Shown piece by piece: positions 59,987 to 64,000 of a stretch of 64,000 nt of DNA. The notes beneath the pieces were generated by a model. The model searched no databases. It saw only the letters and a list, made by a program, of their open reading frames with translations, and was not told where the DNA came from. A program made the translations under genes and the position numbers. This DNA comes from Promethearchaeota archaeon. Its GTDB lineage: Archaea > Asgardarchaeota > Heimdallarchaeia > Hodarchaeales > Hodarchaeaceae. Within the stretch, counting starts at the first letter, position 1; each line of letters begins with the position of its first letter. The stretch covers positions 32,001 through 96,000 of the forward strand of contig JBHLMN010000016.1 of assembly GCA_048938105.1 (NCBI GenBank), in the 5' to 3' direction.

Positions 59987-60878
59987 AATTGAGAGGATTT
60001 TTATTCAAAGGTGAAAAATTAACCAATATCTCATTAAATTGTTCAAAAAGGTCTAGAATTTCATTTGGTGAAAGGCTAGCAGGATGGTTGCTTCGATATT
60101 CAAGCTTGTCAAGTTCACGTTTAAAAAACCTTCTAAGCTCCTTTGGGTAATGTTTCGCATAAATCTGTAGGTTATTTCTAACTTTTTTATGCTTTCGACA
60201 GAATAAATTTGTTAGAAAAATGAAAAAGTCTTTATTCCTTATAATTTCTGGAGGTTCCAATTTGGTTCCATGAACAAGACTTGAATGAACGTGAGGCCGA
60301 GGAGTAAAGAAGTGAGGTGGAAAAGTTTGTAATATCTCAAATTTATAGAAAAATGAAGAATAAACAGAGATTCGACTATAATCAGGATCTCCTGGTTTTG
60401 CACATAGATGATTTGCGAATTCACTTTGTAAAGTAACAGCGATTAAATCTGGCCGATTTTTGCTTTGGGTGATTTTTTTGATAAAAGGTGATGAAATACC
60501 ATAAGGAAGATTTGAAATTAGTTTTTGATGATAAGGAAGTTCTAATTTGAGGAAATCCCCTGATATAACTTCTAATTTTTCATTATAATCAATAAATTCT
60601 TTTTTAATAATGGTAGAGAGAATAGGATCTAACTCATATGAAAAAACTTTCTGACAACTTTGAAGAAGGAAATAAGTCAAGGTTCCAATTCCACTACCAA
60701 CTTCAACAATTATATCTTTCTGATTCAAAGCTATCTCTGAAAGGAGGGCATCAATAACCGATTTTTCAATAACGAAATTTTGACCCCAAGATTTTTTAGG
60801 AGAAATAGCATAATTCTGAATTAGAGATTTTGTATACTTTTTCAGATTCCCTTTTTCAAGAAGGTGGAAGAAGCTCAA
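59976..60878 (-). CDS. rsmA: 16S rRNA dimethyladenosine transferase KsgA/Dim1
   Basis: KKSWGQNF, EVGSGIGTLT, SNLPYGISSP, FTPRPHVHS. Confidence 0.95.
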   Translation of the reverse strand: MSFFHLLEKGNLKKYTKSLIQNYAISPKKSWGQNFVIEKSVIDALLSEIALNQKDIIVEVGSGIGTLTYFLLQSCQKVFSYELDPILSTIIKKEFIDYNEKLEVISGDFLKLELPYHQKLISNLPYGISSPFIKKITQSKNRPDLIAVTLQSEFANHLCAKPGDPDYSRISVYSSFFYKFEILQTFPPHFFTPRPHVHSSLVHGTKLEPPEIIRNKDFFIFLTNLFCRKHKKVRNNLQIYAKHYPKELRRFFKRELDKLEYRSNHPASLSPNEILDLFEQFNEILVNFSPLNKNPLNFME

Positions 60879-60889
60879 TCTTAATCATG

Positions 60890-61492
60890 TTAAATCGGTT
60901 TTTTGGTAAATAAATAATATTTTGGTTCCCCTTCAAGCTCTAATAAAATTCGGTTTGTAAAAATTAACGCTGGATCTGAAATACCAGTCCTTTTAGTGAA
61001 ATCACTAAAAGACGAGAATAAATTGTGTTTTCTGGCCTCTAGAATTGACCACAACCTTTTCTGGCCTATACCTGGTAATAGCTGGATTTGATGCATTTGG
61101 GTAGTTAATGGCTGTGCTTGATTGAAGAAAGCTACAAAACGAGATTCGAAACTAGCTACAATATCTTTTATTACAACTGGTAGAATTTCCAGAGCAGAAC
61201 TAGAAAGTTGATTATAACTTAGTTTGTTTAACCTTAGAATTTTCTTGTTAGTAGACGATAACAATAATCTATCGCCTACAGAAATTTCTGATCTGCTAGT
61301 TAAAATAACATCAAAAAATTGGAACCCTTCAACTGTGACGACAACTGCTAGTGGATTATAATCTTCAGAACGCCTGTGACTTAATGATTTTCCCTGTGGA
61401 TAAAAATCTAATACAACACTCTCTCCTCTGTAAACAAATTGTGGTTTTAATTTCTTTTTTTCTCGTTTTCGCTGTTGATCTCTTCTTTTCAT
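60890..61492 (-). CDS. DUF655 putative RNA-binding protein
   Basis: VVLDFYPQG, FFNQAQPLT..MH.IQLLPGIG; upstream of rsmA as in other archaea. Confidence 0.9.
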   Translation of the reverse strand: MKRRDQQRKREKKKLKPQFVYRGESVVLDFYPQGKSLSHRRSEDYNPLAVVVTVEGFQFFDVILTSRSEISVGDRLLLSSTNKKILRLNKLSYNQLSSSALEILPVVIKDIVASFESRFVAFFNQAQPLTTQMHQIQLLPGIGQKRLWSILEARKHNLFSSFSDFTKRTGISDPALIFTNRILLELEGEPKYYLFTKKPI

Positions 61493-62346
61493 TAATTAGA
61501 TTCCTCAGATAAACAAGCAGGAAATTAATTTCCTCTTACTCTAATACTTTTAAAGAATTGTTGTATATATAATTATCAAAAATCTTCTTCAAGCAAGTTT
61601 GTAATCAATTATCTTCAATTAACATTGCTGGCTTAAACTTATAAAACACAAGTTAACCTCTCACGTTACATTAGGTCGATTGATGGACATTCAAAGCAAG
61701 AAAAACATTTTTACAGGTGATAATTCTCCTTTAGGCTTTGTTTTATGTATATCTTAAACTGTCTTTTTCTTCAGGATTTGAAGGGTAATTTCCCTTGAAA
61801 CTTCTTCCAAGGGGGATACGAGGAAAAGATTTGGAGTTTTGTAATAAAATCCTTAAAAGAGGTCTTGAGAGATCCAAATTTTATAGTAATTAAGTTTAAA
61901 ATCCTTGGTACTTTGCTTTTATACTTTATTTTTAATATTCCTATAGTGACTGAAATCAATGACTTCTTTGCGGATTCTTTTATGTATGGTGATAAATCAG
62001 TCAAGTTTGAACGATATAGGAAAATAATAATAGACAAAAAAAGGCTGATTAAGGTAAATATCATATCTTCATTCTACTGTTATACCTCTAAAGGCTTTTC
62101 TATTCTAATCAAGCTTTTAATAAACTAAAATTATATTCTCTCTTTGGTGAGGTTGAGCTAGTTTAGAATTCTCTTCGTTTTTCGCTTAAAACAACTTCTC
62201 ACACCTTTAATGTAATGAAACCTGAATTTAATTGTTTCAAAAAAAACGGTTTTTAATTCTCTTTTCTTATTGACTTAATACTCATTTTTATCCAAGTCTC
62301 TCTTTCTGTCTTTTACTTAGATATAAGATTAATATCTAATTTTTCG

Positions 62347-63381
62347 GTGGACTTGTTGAAATATGGATGCTTAGAATGTGGTGGAAATCTTATTCAAACC
62401 GAATCTGATATCGTTTGTGTGAATTGTGGATTAGTTGCAAATAAAATTTATGAAAAACCAAATATCCAACTAATAAAAGCTGAAAATAGTTTTGGAAGCC
62501 AATATGCTTCAATAAGCGAAAGACCTAGTGCAATGAAATCATTAGGAACATACATTGGTTCTTATGGAAAAAAATTTTTAGCAGATGCAAAAGGATCTCA
62601 ATTAAAAATACCATCTAAACAGCAATTTATGCGATTAAAATCCCTTAATGACATATATCTTCATTTTAATGGCCGTCAGCGGGAGTATCGTGGATTTCAT
62701 TTTCTTACAACGATATGTAGCACTTTACAAATCACAGATGCAGCAAAAGCAGACGCTCTTTTCTTATTTCGAAGTGTTCAATCTCATTTACATGGAAAAA
62801 TGAAACTTTCTAGTTTGATTATGGGTTCTCTTTACTTATCGATACGATCTAGAAGAGAAAATATAGAGCTAGCTCGATTAGTTGCAGCTGCTCAAAATCG
62901 TGGATATTTAATCCTCGGTAAAGATATAATAAAAGCTGCCTCATTAATTAGACAGCATGCTAGAATTCGAGTAAGTCACGTTAAATCAGAGGAGTATTTG
63001 GATAATATTATTAGTCGTCTCCAAAGAGATAATGATATTATAAAACAATTCAAGAAAAAAATCATTATCAATAAGAATGAATATTTTCACTATTTGAAGC
63101 TTGGATCAAAAAGATTACTCATCAATTTTCCTCAATCTGATCGTGGGGGACGTAATCCATTCATTCTTGCAGCAGCAATTATTATTGCTTCAGATATATT
63201 GTTAGCACGACAAATTTTTTTTCCACACTGTTATAAACGTAAATCTAGACGAGGAATTTTAACACAAAAGCACATTGCTAGAATCTTAAGTATCGCTGAA
63301 TTCACATTACGTGAACACTTTTTATTATTAGCAAAACCTCTGATGGAATTGGAAATTCGTAATAACCAATTACCGGTGTGA
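62347..63381 (+). CDS. divergent TFB/TFIIB-family protein
   Basis: N-terminal CLECGG...VCVNCGLV Zn ribbon; cyclin repeats with GRNP..LAAA and TQKHIA...I...TLREH. Confidence 0.75.
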   Translation: MDLLKYGCLECGGNLIQTESDIVCVNCGLVANKIYEKPNIQLIKAENSFGSQYASISERPSAMKSLGTYIGSYGKKFLADAKGSQLKIPSKQQFMRLKSLNDIYLHFNGRQREYRGFHFLTTICSTLQITDAAKADALFLFRSVQSHLHGKMKLSSLIMGSLYLSIRSRRENIELARLVAAAQNRGYLILGKDIIKAASLIRQHARIRVSHVKSEEYLDNIISRLQRDNDIIKQFKKKIIINKNEYFHYLKLGSKRLLINFPQSDRGGRNPFILAAAIIIASDILLARQIFFPHCYKRKSRRGILTQKHIARILSIAEFTLREHFLLLAKPLMELEIRNNQLPV

Positions 63382-63632
63382 CTAATATAAAGAAAATTAC
63401 ATTAAGCTTAAACCAAAACGTTTGAAACCAGAACTAAGTCTATGTTAACCATTGATCTACATACAAGAATTAGATAGTACCTTTAAAGCGATACCAAATC
63501 AAAAAAATACCTCGAAAACATGATAAACTGTAGTCCATGTCGCTGACTCTTGGGATTAAATAAAAAAATTGGATTTTTATTCCAACATTTAATCCTAAAT
63601 TAACAAATCGAGTAATTTTCTGGTGAATAATT

Positions 63633-64000
63633 ATGGCAGATCTCGAAAGAATGAATTTAGTGGTCACAGGACATGTCGATCATGGAAAATCGACTGGTTT
63701 AGGCCACATGTTATTCCTACTCGGTCAGATTCACGATCCTAAAAAGAAACGACAACCATGGCGTATTGCTGAGAGATACTTTAAAGATAGTAAAGCTCAA
63801 GGTATGGGAAGTTGGTCGTATGCCTGGATTTTAGATCCTCTAATGGATGAAAGAGAACGGGGACTTACAATAAACGTATCTTTCATGGAATTTAAAACCA
63901 AGAATTTTATTTTCAACCTTATTGATGCCCCTGGGCATAGTGATTTTATTAAGAACATGATAACAGGAGCCTCACAAGCAGATGCTGCAATCTTAGTAGT
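63633..64000 (+). CDS. EF-1alpha-family translational GTPase, N-terminal part (3' truncated by window)
   Basis: GHVDHGKST, ERERGLTI, IDAPGHSDFIKNMITGASQADAAILV (translated by hand). Confidence 0.92.
   Translation, partial: MADLERMNLVVTGHVDHGKSTGLGHMLFLLGQIHDPKKKRQPWRIAERYFKDSKAQGMGSWSYAWILDPLMDERERGLTINVSFMEFKTKNFIFNLIDAPGHSDFIKNMITGASQADAAILV

Noticed and set aside
61771-62128. Overlapping opposite-strand ORFs upstream of DUF655, where rpoF or rpl21e would be expected
   Set aside because: Neither resembles RpoF or L21e, and I cannot tell which, if either, is real.
1-64000. CRISPR arrays, rRNA genes, integrases and the many short antisense ORFs in the track
   Set aside because: No repeat-spacer array, rRNA or recombinase motif was seen; the short ORFs lie antisense to or within well-supported genes.

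Overview
AT-rich chromosomal segment of an archaeon, almost certainly an Asgard archaeon and probably Heimdallarchaeia-like. Support: Rab-like GTPase, roadblock protein, ribophorin I, EMC3/TMCO1, Sec61alpha-like SecY and a two-domain Rpb5. Most of the window is housekeeping: RNAP subunits A', A'' (with intein), D and H, ribosomal proteins, ribosome biogenesis factors, tRNA-modification enzymes and four tRNAs, three of them with non-canonical introns. The accessory part is a ~6.8 kb insertion (44458-51286) that begins exactly at an IscB omegaRNA end and splits a small membrane-protein gene in frame. It carries iscB, a three-gene operon (helical protein, HEXXH protein, dCTP deaminase) and a GT4 glycosyltransferase. 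The dCTP deaminase lacks its C-terminal lid, and a sequence matching that lid sits inside the upstream HEXXH protein, suggesting an enzyme completed in trans, possibly a nucleotide-depletion defence switch. Other highlights: an unannotated snoRNA-like C/D guide RNA for two peptidyl-transferase-centre sites, a GTPase-KaiC-roadblock-FIST-MFS operon divergent from an unannotated pilin, and scattered pilus or DNA-transfer genes. All family assignments come from motif recognition by eye; no searches were run.
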